64,000 nt of DNA from contig CALMWC010000007.1 of NCBI GenBank assembly GCA_937801655.1, positions 25,117 through 89,116 on the forward strand, given 5' to 3'. Made by a program: the position numbers and the translations under genes. The notes under the pieces were generated by a model. That model was not told the origin of the DNA, did no database searches, and saw nothing but the letters and a program-made list of their open reading frames with translations. This document shows positions 1-8,503 of the stretch, in pieces (positions within the stretch are counted from its first letter, which is position 1; every line of letters starts with the position of its first letter). The stretch is from an uncultured Gammaproteobacteria bacterium (GTDB lineage: Bacteria; Pseudomonadota; Gammaproteobacteria; Steroidobacterales; UBA11654).

Positions 1-1
1 G

Positions 2-544
2 AGTGAGATAGCAAAAAGAGGGGGTAGAGGTGTATATCTTATGTGCGGTGTTGGAGAGCTGCCAGATGGAAGATGCAGAAAACATGAACCCATTATGTTT
101 GATGCTTTGGGACAGTTTGAGCGCTATCATGGTGATTTCGGACGATGTGCAGTAATAAAGAACCCAACACAAGAACATATTGAGAAACATCAATCCTTAT
201 TAGAGGGCTGGTCCAAAGCAAAAGAGTACCTCTATCCTGGAGCTACTTATTCACAGATCTCAAATGAAGTTGGTAATTATGTAAGAAAAGTTGGCTTTAG
301 GAATTTTAGGAATCCAATAGTGCACAGTCTAGGACTCGAACATACGGATGACCCAAAATTATTTGGCACTCAGCCGGGTGTAAAAGAAAGCCAAGTATTG
401 GAGAAAAATATGGTGATTAATATTGATATGCCTTTTACAGAAGTTGGTTGGGGTTCAGTTCATATGGAAGATACAATTTTAATAACGAATGACGGTTATA
501 AGAGATTATCAAATTCAAGTTTCGATCTGATAGTCTCAGGATAG
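2..544 (+). CDS. M24 family metallopeptidase/amidohydrolase (Xaa-Pro aminopeptidase fold), 5'-truncated by window edge
   Basis: Frame is open from position 2; pita-bread-fold motifs YHGDFGR, HSLGLEH, NIDMP and HMEDTILIT. Confidence 0.8.
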   Translation, partial: SEIAKRGGRGVYLMCGVGELPDGRCRKHEPIMFDALGQFERYHGDFGRCAVIKNPTQEHIEKHQSLLEGWSKAKEYLYPGATYSQISNEVGNYVRKVGFRNFRNPIVHSLGLEHTDDPKLFGTQPGVKESQVLEKNMVINIDMPFTEVGWGSVHMEDTILITNDGYKRLSNSSFDLIVSG

Positions 545-554
545 GTTTTACTCT

Positions 555-1148
555 TTAGCAAGCAACTCCCCTCCCCCAATTGGAATAACTGGATTGATGA
601 TTGAGCAGTATTTTTCTTGGATAATTTCTATTCTCCTTTATTGCCCAGTCTGCTCTTGAACTATAAAGCTCTACATTATTCCACCACAATTCTGGATTCT
701 TACCCTTTGATGATGCCAATTGAATATCTTTTTTTAACCACCCTAAACCTCCATTATAAGAGCTGAGTATCATTGCCCATTGATTGCATTCATTTTTTGT
801 TTTAATGTTTTTATCAAGCCATTGATCAAACAGCAGCATCGCACGAATCGACCAAATTGGATTGTAGACATTGCCATTAGAAAGCTCAGGATAGAGCTCT
901 TTCAACCAATTTGCAGTTGATGGTGTGAATTGAGTTAGGCCCTCTGCATAAGGACTTTTAGCAAGGTAATCCCATGAACTTTCTTGTTGAATCTGTGAAG
1001 CAAATAATGCAACTGGCGCATCCATTCCCCAAGTAATCCTAGAGTAACGAATCAAATCTCTTTTATATTTAAGGCTATTTCTTGGTTCGGATGCTTGGGT
1101 TGGCATGGATAGAAGTAAGAAAGTAAATAAGAAGAAAAGTTTTTTCAT
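555..1148 (-). CDS. SLT-domain lytic transglycosylase (phage endolysin-like) with N-terminal signal peptide
   Basis: Catalytic QQES motif, GLTQF, SYNGG and ENRNY motifs of SLT enzymes; hydrophobic N-terminus ending PTQA; ATGA overlap with the upstream holin. Confidence 0.88.
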   Translation of the reverse strand: MKKLFFLFTFLLLSMPTQASEPRNSLKYKRDLIRYSRITWGMDAPVALFASQIQQESSWDYLAKSPYAEGLTQFTPSTANWLKELYPELSNGNVYNPIWSIRAMLLFDQWLDKNIKTKNECNQWAMILSSYNGGLGWLKKDIQLASSKGKNPELWWNNVELYSSRADWAIKENRNYPRKILLNHQSSYSNWGRGVAC

Positions 1149-1429
1149 AAGGCAAGAGACATACCAAGGATTGTCGCAAGTATAATCAATGCTCTTCTAA
1201 TTGCGATAGACGATCTTATTATTGGGTCCTGGTCTTTACCATCATTAATTCCAGGCCTCATATGAGGAAATAAAAGATAATCAATCCAATAACCCAGAAT
1301 AGCAGCAAGTGTTACTAAACTTGCTTTATATATAATTACAGGAAGTTGTGCTGGGCTAATTAAAAAAACAGACACTAATAATAGGGTGGTAATGATGGCG
1401 AAAAGACTTCTATTGATTGGTGCTTGCAT
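1145..1429 (-). CDS. Putative 2/3-TM phage holin (Holin_2-3-like)
   Basis: 94 aa with hydrophobic segments; SPAQLPVIIYKASLVTLAAILGYWID..LFP..RP and C-terminal RRALII match the holin family found in Mu-like lysis cassettes; directly upstream of the SLT gene. Confidence 0.8.
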   Translation of the reverse strand: MQAPINRSLFAIITTLLLVSVFLISPAQLPVIIYKASLVTLAAILGYWIDYLLFPHMRPGINDGKDQDPIIRSSIAIRRALIILATILGMSLAL

Positions 1430-1565
1430 AATTATAACCTTCTATTTTAATGATAATACTTTACTAAATTTACATACAGATATGAAAATGATTATAAAAT
1501 TATTCTATTTCATATTTCTTAAATGATAGTATACAGAACATAATTTTGTAAAAAGAGAAAGGTAT

Positions 1566-2393
1566 ATGAATAAAGAACTTCCTCAAGAAATAATCAACTA
1601 TGCGATAGAAATTACTAGTAGTTTTGGCCTCAAACTGTTGACGGCATTGATTGTAGTAATTGTTGGTAAGCAATTAGTTAAAATACTGCTTAAGGTTATC
1701 AAGGTAGCACTGGAGAAAGCTAATACCGAAGAAACCGTTAGAATCTTTATAGCTAATTTACTCAATACTGTGTTTACAGTAATTATATTTGTGGCTGCTA
1801 TCAATCAATTGGGTGTCGAAACTACCTCAATTATTGCTCTTTTAGGTGCGGCTGGTTTAGCGATTGGATTGGCTTTGCAAGGCTCATTAGCTAATTTTGC
1901 AGCTGGAATTCTTATTGTTATTTTTCGACCATATAAAGTGGGTGATTATATAGAAGCCGGCACTAATGTTGGCACAGTTAAAGACATACAAATTTTCTCC
2001 ACTGTTTTAAGAACTCCGGATAATAAGTCCATTGTTGTTCCTAATGGTTCGATAATGGATGGAAGTATTACTAATTATTCCGAACAACCCACTCGACGAA
2101 TAGATATTATTGCAAGTTGCAGTTATGAAGATGACTTGGATAAAGTTAAGGAAGTGCTGCAGACTATACTGGATAATGAAGAGCGAATACTAACCGAACC
2201 TAAACCTCAAATAGCAGTTTCTGAGTTGGCTGAAAGCAGCGTTAATTTTATTGTTAGGCCCTGGGTAAATTCTTCGGATTATCTTCCTGTAATGTATTCT
2301 TTGTTAGAAAATATAAAGAAGACTTTTGATAAAAAAGGGATCTCAATACCCTATCCACAAAGCGATATTCATATTCATGAAAAAAAGGCATAG
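1566..2393 (+). CDS. mscS: Small-conductance mechanosensitive channel
   Basis: GAAGLAIGLALQGSLANFAAG, FRPYKVGD, IVVPNG and IPYPQ motifs. Confidence 0.95.
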   Translation: MNKELPQEIINYAIEITSSFGLKLLTALIVVIVGKQLVKILLKVIKVALEKANTEETVRIFIANLLNTVFTVIIFVAAINQLGVETTSIIALLGAAGLAIGLALQGSLANFAAGILIVIFRPYKVGDYIEAGTNVGTVKDIQIFSTVLRTPDNKSIVVPNGSIMDGSITNYSEQPTRRIDIIASCSYEDDLDKVKEVLQTILDNEERILTEPKPQIAVSELAESSVNFIVRPWVNSSDYLPVMYSLLENIKKTFDKKGISIPYPQSDIHIHEKKA

Positions 2394-2414
2394 CTCTTAA
2401 GAGCTATGCCTTTT
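2383..2414. terminator. Bidirectional intrinsic terminator between convergent mscS and hydantoinase B
   Basis: Perfect palindrome AAAAGGCATAGCTC-TTAA-GAGCTATGCCTTTT with a T-tract on each strand. Confidence 0.85.
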
Positions 2415-2426
2415 GATACTTTAGCC

Positions 2427-4310
2427 TTAAGAAGCGGCTTTTACCCAAGTTTGGAATACTGGATCGCTTGGAGCATCCAAGCCTGTTTCTGCTTTACATC
2501 GTTTTTTGAGTTCAGCAATGCTTTCAAAACCTTTGTCAAACAATTTTGTTTTACCTCTGGCTGCAGACATTTTTGCTCTTAATTTAGTCGTAGCGGCTTT
2601 ACTGACACTATAATCAGGTTTTACAATCACACCATAATTATCTTTAGCACCATTTCTTGTTAGCAATCCTGCTTCTACATCAAAAGCAACTCTTTCAGCA
2701 GGTCTTGTGAATGGATCTCCCCAACCACCTCCACCCCAGGTGACATGGTAAAGTGTGTCGCCTTCACAGACTTGTAACCGATCGCATTTTGAGGGAAGAA
2801 TTTCAGTATCACCATTTTTTCGTACCAATGTTTTAGTACTTCTAGCGCCTGGATGTCCACCATTTACACCCCATGGATAAGTGAGCCATCGGTCGTCATG
2901 TATCGATACATTACCTGGTTCTAAAAACTTATAGGTGGTTGCTAAAGCATTTCCTCCACGATGAAAGCCTGCTCCTCCTGAATCAGGAACGGTATAGTAT
3001 TCTTCTATTACTAAGGGAAAGTAACTTTCAAGAAATTCATTAGGTACGTTGGTAAAGCTGGGCCATAGAGAGTGACCATCAGGACCATCTCCCATTGGTT
3101 TTCCAGGAACACCACCAAATCCAATCATATAGAGTTGATACCATTCACCGTGTTTGTCGTAGCCTGAATACATTAAATGTGGACTGTCTGAAAATCCTGC
3201 TGCACAGAGGAAGTCAGGTGCTCCTTGTCCTAATAAACCACCAAGTACGTCAAATATTCTTCCTAATGCATGAGTCCTACATGAAAGAGCTGCAGGATAT
3301 TTTGGTTTTAAGATACTGCCATCAGGGATTCTGACTTCCATCAGGTCATAAAAACCATCATTAAACATAATTGCAGGGTCGAACACCATAATCATATAAA
3401 CACCACAAAACATTTTAAACATCTCTTCATTTAAGAAGAAATTAATTGAACTGGTTGACTGAGGGTCAGTTCCTTCAAAATCAAAAATAACTTTATCACC
3501 TTGTCTCCACATAGCACATTTGATTTTATAAGGACCCATTTCCAAGCCGTCATCACAAATATAGTCTTCAAAGTATTGTTTTTCAGTAGGCACTGTTGTT
3601 TTAATGAGTTTAGCCATCGCTTTTTTGTTACGATCCAGAAGTTCTTCTAGTGCAGAGTAATAAACGTTGTCACCGAATCTTTCTGCGGCTTCAATAACTC
3701 TTTTTTCTGCTGTTCTAATTGACGCTACAATGGCATTGAAATCACTTCTATTCCATTGAGGTAATCTGCAGTTATGAAGTATTAGCTCAAGCATATCTTC
3801 CTGAAGCACATCTTTTTTGTAAATCTTTGTTGGCGGAATTCTAATACCTTCTTCAAAAATCTCTGTTGCATCTGTCGGTAAACTTCCAGGTACTTTGCCA
3901 CCCACATCAGTCATATGACCAAACATAGCAGCATAACTGATCAGTCTTCCATCTTTAAAAATAGGTCTAAGAAGAAGCCAATCATTATTATGACTGACGG
4001 CACCATTACATGAATAAGGATCACTAGTAAGGAACATATCACCTTCTTCGATAGTCCCTTCAAAAGCTTCTTTAAAGCCATGAATAAAGCTACCAAATTG
4101 TCCTACGACCATCTTACCCTCAAGATTGGCAATCATTGGAAACTCATCACCCTGCTCTCTTATTCCTGGTGACATAGCAGTTCTAAATAACACTGCATCC
4201 ATTTCCCATCTGGCTGAGAACATTGCATTTTCTATCACATCAAGAGTGATGGGATCAAGTTTAACTTTTTTGAATGGTTTATTGTTGGTTTGTATTAATT
4301 TTGCTGTCAT
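2427..4310 (-). CDS. Hydantoinase B/oxoprolinase family subunit (ATP-dependent lactamase beta)
   Basis: RTAMSPGIRE, SDPY...SHNND, HMTDVGG, EEGIRIPP and GGGGWGDP motifs. Confidence 0.93.
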   Translation of the reverse strand: MTAKLIQTNNKPFKKVKLDPITLDVIENAMFSARWEMDAVLFRTAMSPGIREQGDEFPMIANLEGKMVVGQFGSFIHGFKEAFEGTIEEGDMFLTSDPYSCNGAVSHNNDWLLLRPIFKDGRLISYAAMFGHMTDVGGKVPGSLPTDATEIFEEGIRIPPTKIYKKDVLQEDMLELILHNCRLPQWNRSDFNAIVASIRTAEKRVIEAAERFGDNVYYSALEELLDRNKKAMAKLIKTTVPTEKQYFEDYICDDGLEMGPYKIKCAMWRQGDKVIFDFEGTDPQSTSSINFFLNEEMFKMFCGVYMIMVFDPAIMFNDGFYDLMEVRIPDGSILKPKYPAALSCRTHALGRIFDVLGGLLGQGAPDFLCAAGFSDSPHLMYSGYDKHGEWYQLYMIGFGGVPGKPMGDGPDGHSLWPSFTNVPNEFLESYFPLVIEEYYTVPDSGGAGFHRGGNALATTYKFLEPGNVSIHDDRWLTYPWGVNGGHPGARSTKTLVRKNGDTEILPSKCDRLQVCEGDTLYHVTWGGGGWGDPFTRPAERVAFDVEAGLLTRNGAKDNYGVIVKPDYSVSKAATTKLRAKMSAARGKTKLFDKGFESIAELKKRCKAETGLDAPSDPVFQTWVKAAS

Positions 4311-4321
4311 TTCTTACTCCC

Positions 4322-6394
4322 TTAAGCGTCTGGGTTAATTAGAATGTTGCCGAATTTATCAACTTTGCCATTATGGCCTGATAAAATTAGTGTCGTTGAA
4401 TCCATCTCAGTCACAATCGCTGGACCTTGGACAACATTGCCTTGTTTTAATAGCGAACGTCTGTATATCGTAGCTATTTGTTTTTTTCCTTCCATAAAGA
4501 CTTCAGCGTTATCATCAATGATTGATTTTTTCGTAGGCTCTTTACTGCCTCTACCAACCGACGGAGCTTTTATACTTAATGCTTTGTCTTTCACTACAGC
4601 CCTAAGGTTTACTAATTCTTTTTCAGCATCCAAAGAGAATGTAAAGAGTTGTTCATGCTGAACATCAAACTTATCACCAATAGCATCAAGCCCTTTCTTT
4701 TTAAGATCCGATAACTCAAAATCTACTGTGATAGTAAGGCCCTGGCCATGATATCTAATATCAACTTGAAAAGAGGTTGATCTATTTTTCTTAGGAGAGC
4801 CCTCAGCATCCAATGTTTTAGAGGCTTTCTTTTCAAGATCAGTAAAGATCTTTACTACTTCTTGTTTACTAGTGTCTTTAAATTTTCTAATAAATGACAT
4901 AGACGATTCATCTTGAATATTAGTTGTAACATCACCATAAGCACATAGTACGCCTGGTCCTGGCGGTATGATTACTGGCCAAGAATTAATTAGCTTACCA
5001 AGAGCATTGGCATGCAATGGACCGGCTCCACCAAAACCAATTAAAGCAAACTCTCTTGGATCGTATCCTTTCTCAACGGAAACCAATCGAAGTGCGCCAT
5101 ACATAGTTTCATTTACAATATCAATGATACCTTCAGCTGCTTTATTCATAGATAATCCTAATGCACGTCCTATGGGTTTTACTGAGTCTTGAGCTAGATC
5201 TTTTCTTATCTTCCATTCCGAGTCTCCACCCAACTCAACTCCTGATGGCATATAACCTAAAACTACATTGGCATCAGTTACTGTGGGTTCTGTACCCCCT
5301 TTATTGTAAGCCGCAGGACCAGGTTCTGCTCCTGCACTTTGAGGACCTACTCTTAATGCACCGGTTAGTTCAGGTACATGAGCAATAGAACCTCCGCCTG
5401 CACCCACCGTTCTCACATCAACAGAGGAAGCACGAACAGTCACATCTCCTACTGTTGTTTCTCTACTTTGTTCAGCAACTCCATCTTTTACCAGTGATAC
5501 ATCAGTGGATGTTCCACCCATATCAAAAGTTAGAAGATTTTCATAACCTGCTTGTTTAGCAATCCAAATAGCACCAGTTACGCCTCCTGCAGGTCCACTC
5601 ATCAATAGATTTACAGGCGAATCTGAAGATGCTTTTGCAGAGGCTAATCCACCGTCTGATCTTAGAATTTGTAACTTGATGTCTTTTCTCATTTTCTTCA
5701 GACCATTTTGAAGGTTCTTAACATACTCAGCCACCTTTGGTCTGACATATGAGTTAGCTACAGTCGTTATTGTTCTTTCATATTCTTGCATTTCTGGAAC
5801 AACTTCTGATGAAAGAGAAACAGGAATCTTTGGCAATAATTTTTTCTTTCTTATTTGTGTTCTAATTTCTTTTTCATGCTTGTCATTAGCAAAAGAATTT
5901 ATTAACGAAACGGTTATTGCTTCAATTCCTTTTTTAGATAATTCTTTAATGTCATTAGCAAGTTTCCCTACTTTCAAACTGGAAATAACCTCACCTTTTG
6001 CTGACATCCTTTCATCAGCTTCAATAGTCAGAGCTAATGGTGCTAAAGGATCACTTTTATTGTAGATAACCCAACCACCTAAACCACCTGGTACAAAGGA
6101 TCTTGCGATCTGCAGAACCTGACGATAACCTTTAGTTGTTATAAGACCTACTTTTGCTCCTGTACCGGTTAAGATCGTATTTGTTGCAACTGTTGTACCA
6201 TGCATTACAGAAGTGATCTCACCTGGCTCAATACTCGCCTTCTCGCAAACCTTGTGAATACCATTGAAAACACCTCTTGAAGAATCATCCGGTGTACTGG
6301 GAACTTTTGCTGTATGAAGTGCCCCTGTTTTTTCGTTGACTAAAAGAAGGTCAGTGAATGTTCCTCCTACATCAACACCTAGTCGATAGCTCAT
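4322..6394 (-). CDS. Hydantoinase A/oxoprolinase family subunit (ATP-binding)
   Basis: GVDVGGTFTD, HGTTVATN, SGPAGGV, DMGGTSTD, GAGGGSIA and FGGAGPLHA motifs. Confidence 0.94.
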   Translation of the reverse strand: MSYRLGVDVGGTFTDLLLVNEKTGALHTAKVPSTPDDSSRGVFNGIHKVCEKASIEPGEITSVMHGTTVATNTILTGTGAKVGLITTKGYRQVLQIARSFVPGGLGGWVIYNKSDPLAPLALTIEADERMSAKGEVISSLKVGKLANDIKELSKKGIEAITVSLINSFANDKHEKEIRTQIRKKKLLPKIPVSLSSEVVPEMQEYERTITTVANSYVRPKVAEYVKNLQNGLKKMRKDIKLQILRSDGGLASAKASSDSPVNLLMSGPAGGVTGAIWIAKQAGYENLLTFDMGGTSTDVSLVKDGVAEQSRETTVGDVTVRASSVDVRTVGAGGGSIAHVPELTGALRVGPQSAGAEPGPAAYNKGGTEPTVTDANVVLGYMPSGVELGGDSEWKIRKDLAQDSVKPIGRALGLSMNKAAEGIIDIVNETMYGALRLVSVEKGYDPREFALIGFGGAGPLHANALGKLINSWPVIIPPGPGVLCAYGDVTTNIQDESSMSFIRKFKDTSKQEVVKIFTDLEKKASKTLDAEGSPKKNRSTSFQVDIRYHGQGLTITVDFELSDLKKKGLDAIGDKFDVQHEQLFTFSLDAEKELVNLRAVVKDKALSIKAPSVGRGSKEPTKKSIIDDNAEVFMEGKKQIATIYRRSLLKQGNVVQGPAIVTEMDSTTLILSGHNGKVDKFGNILINPDA

Positions 6395-6515
6395 TTTCTC
6401 TCCTAAATTTTACTTGTTTGTTCTAAAGAATATTTTATCTTAAATTTACTATTCCTGAATTCTACTAAACCAGATTTAACAGTTATCTTTTAAGTTTAGA
6501 TGGATAATAATACTT

Positions 6516-7430
6516 TTATTGGAAATTTATTTCAGCATTTTCTGGAAAAATTCCTGCTTTAGGAACCATGGCTGGAACCGAATGCTCTAATTTTTCTTCT
6601 AACCATTCGGAGGTGCTAACAATTTGCTTTAAATTTACACCTGTTTCAATACCCGATCTGTCAAGCATATAAAGTAAGTCATCCATAGGAATATTGCCAG
6701 TAGCTTTCGGTGCGAATGGACAACCACCAATGCCTCCTGTGGAGGCATCAATAATAGTGACACCCGCTTCAATAGCAGCAGCAGCATTAGCTAGACCTGT
6801 ATTCCTAGTGTTATGCAGATGTGTTCTAAGAGGAATATTAGGCGCTAATTCTTTAATAAGCGAAAAGGTCTTTTTAACCTGATTGGGAACAGCAACACCA
6901 ACTGAATCAGCTAATCCTAGAATATTGGGTTCACCTTCAAGGACTTTTTCAGCAATGGAAGCAATGAGTTCAGGATCAACTTCACCTTCGTAAGGGCAAC
7001 CAAAGGAACAGGCGATAATTACATTGGTTCTAATGCCTGCTGATTTTGCATCGGATGCTATTCTAAGCCAATTATCGATAGATTCTTGTGTGACTACATT
7101 TTGATTTTTCATATTATATGTATCAGTACTGACTATCACCATCCCCACTTCATCAATGCCACAATCTCGAGCTCTTTCGAAACCTCGTTGATTCATAATT
7201 AATCCAATATAAGAAACATCATCACGGTCAGGAAGGCTTTCTACTAACTTTTCAGCATCAGCCATTTGCGGTACTTTTTTTGGATGCACAAAGCTGGTTA
7301 CTTCAATTTGTTTAATTCCAGCATCCATTGTTTTAATTATAAAATCTCTTTTAACATCTGTTGGAAGTATTTTTGGCTCGCTTTGCAATCCATCTCTTGG
7401 TCCTACTTCAAGTAGTGAAACTTTACTCAC
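6516..7430 (-). CDS. Hydroxymethylglutaryl-CoA lyase family protein (DRE-TIM)
   Basis: EVGPRDGLQ, FGCPYEG, HLHNTR and GGCPFAPKATGN motifs; GTG start with GGAG RBS. Confidence 0.9.
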   Translation of the reverse strand: MSKVSLLEVGPRDGLQSEPKILPTDVKRDFIIKTMDAGIKQIEVTSFVHPKKVPQMADAEKLVESLPDRDDVSYIGLIMNQRGFERARDCGIDEVGMVIVSTDTYNMKNQNVVTQESIDNWLRIASDAKSAGIRTNVIIACSFGCPYEGEVDPELIASIAEKVLEGEPNILGLADSVGVAVPNQVKKTFSLIKELAPNIPLRTHLHNTRNTGLANAAAAIEAGVTIIDASTGGIGGCPFAPKATGNIPMDDLLYMLDRSGIETGVNLKQIVSTSEWLEEKLEHSVPAMVPKAGIFPENAEINFQ

Positions 7431-7519
7431 AAAATATCTCCTTTATAAGATTTAATATTTGATATGCAAGTGTATACAAATATTATGATATTCTCTATTT
7501 TTTAGATACGAGGTTTAAG

Positions 7520-8389
7520 ATGGATATTGGAAGAATATCAGCAATCACTATTGGTGCATCTGATCTTGATATTATGGAGCAAACTTATTCTAAATATTTG
7601 GGATATCGTTCCATAAAGACAGGTTTTATAACTCATGATGAAGCTCATAACTGGGGAGCTGAAAAATTAGTTGATGCTCCTTATATAATTATGCAGCCTG
7701 AAAAATCAGATGACTTTTCGTTTCGTTTCGTTTTGCAACCCAATCAATCTAATTATATTCCTTTTAAGTCTTATGGCTGGAATGCTGCTGAGGTGATTGT
7801 AGAGAATGTGGATGAATTGGAAGAAATTATACGAGAGTCACCATTTGAGATTATCGGTCCGCCAGCAGACCTATCATTCACAAGTGATATAAGAGCAATG
7901 CAAGTTATAGGCCCAGCTCAGGAAATACTTTATCTAACTCAATTTAAAAGAAAAATTGAAGAATTTGATAGTCCCATTCCCAGATGCAGTGTTGATCAAA
8001 CATTCATTGTAATTTTGGCAGGTAAGTCGATCAATTCCATGCAGGATTATTATTCAAATTTATTTAACTTAGAAAAAGCACCAATTATGGAATCTAGGAT
8101 TCGCTCGATATCAAAGGCTTTTAATTTACCTGAAAGTACAAAATACAATGCTGCTGCAATTGCAATCAGGGATCAATGCTTAATTGAATTGGATGAAATG
8201 CCAAAAGAAGCATCGGAAAGATCTGTTTCGCAAGGTTACTTATCGCCAGGCATATCGATAGTTTCATTTAAGTTGTATGACCGAAATAAAATGATCAATA
8301 GTTATCAATCTCACTTGCCTAACTTAGAACAATCCAAATGTGTGATTGAACGCGGATTGAATAATGAGCTAATAGAACTGATTTACTAA
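7520..8389 (+). CDS. VOC/glyoxalase-like fold protein of unknown function
   Basis: Two repeated beta-alpha-beta-beta-beta-like modules (GWNAAEVIVENVD, GPAQEILYLTQ, GLNNELIELI). Confidence 0.55.
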   Translation: MDIGRISAITIGASDLDIMEQTYSKYLGYRSIKTGFITHDEAHNWGAEKLVDAPYIIMQPEKSDDFSFRFVLQPNQSNYIPFKSYGWNAAEVIVENVDELEEIIRESPFEIIGPPADLSFTSDIRAMQVIGPAQEILYLTQFKRKIEEFDSPIPRCSVDQTFIVILAGKSINSMQDYYSNLFNLEKAPIMESRIRSISKAFNLPESTKYNAAAIAIRDQCLIELDEMPKEASERSVSQGYLSPGISIVSFKLYDRNKMINSYQSHLPNLEQSKCVIERGLNNELIELIY

Positions 8390-8503
8390 TAAAATTAGAA
8401 TAATTAAAGTTTAAGATTTATCATTTTATTTGCATTAGTTTTTACAATTTGATCTATTCTGCTGTAGAATTTACATACTTAATTATATACGGGGAAATAG
8501 ATA

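Noticed and set aside
1464-1479. Possible LexA box upstream of the holin (CTAAATTTACATACAG)
   Set aside because: Left half-site is CTAA rather than CTGT; too degenerate in AT-rich DNA to claim SOS control
555-2393. Prophage call around the holin-endolysin pair
   Set aside because: Flanking genes are cellular; no att sites, integrase, transposase or virion genes seen
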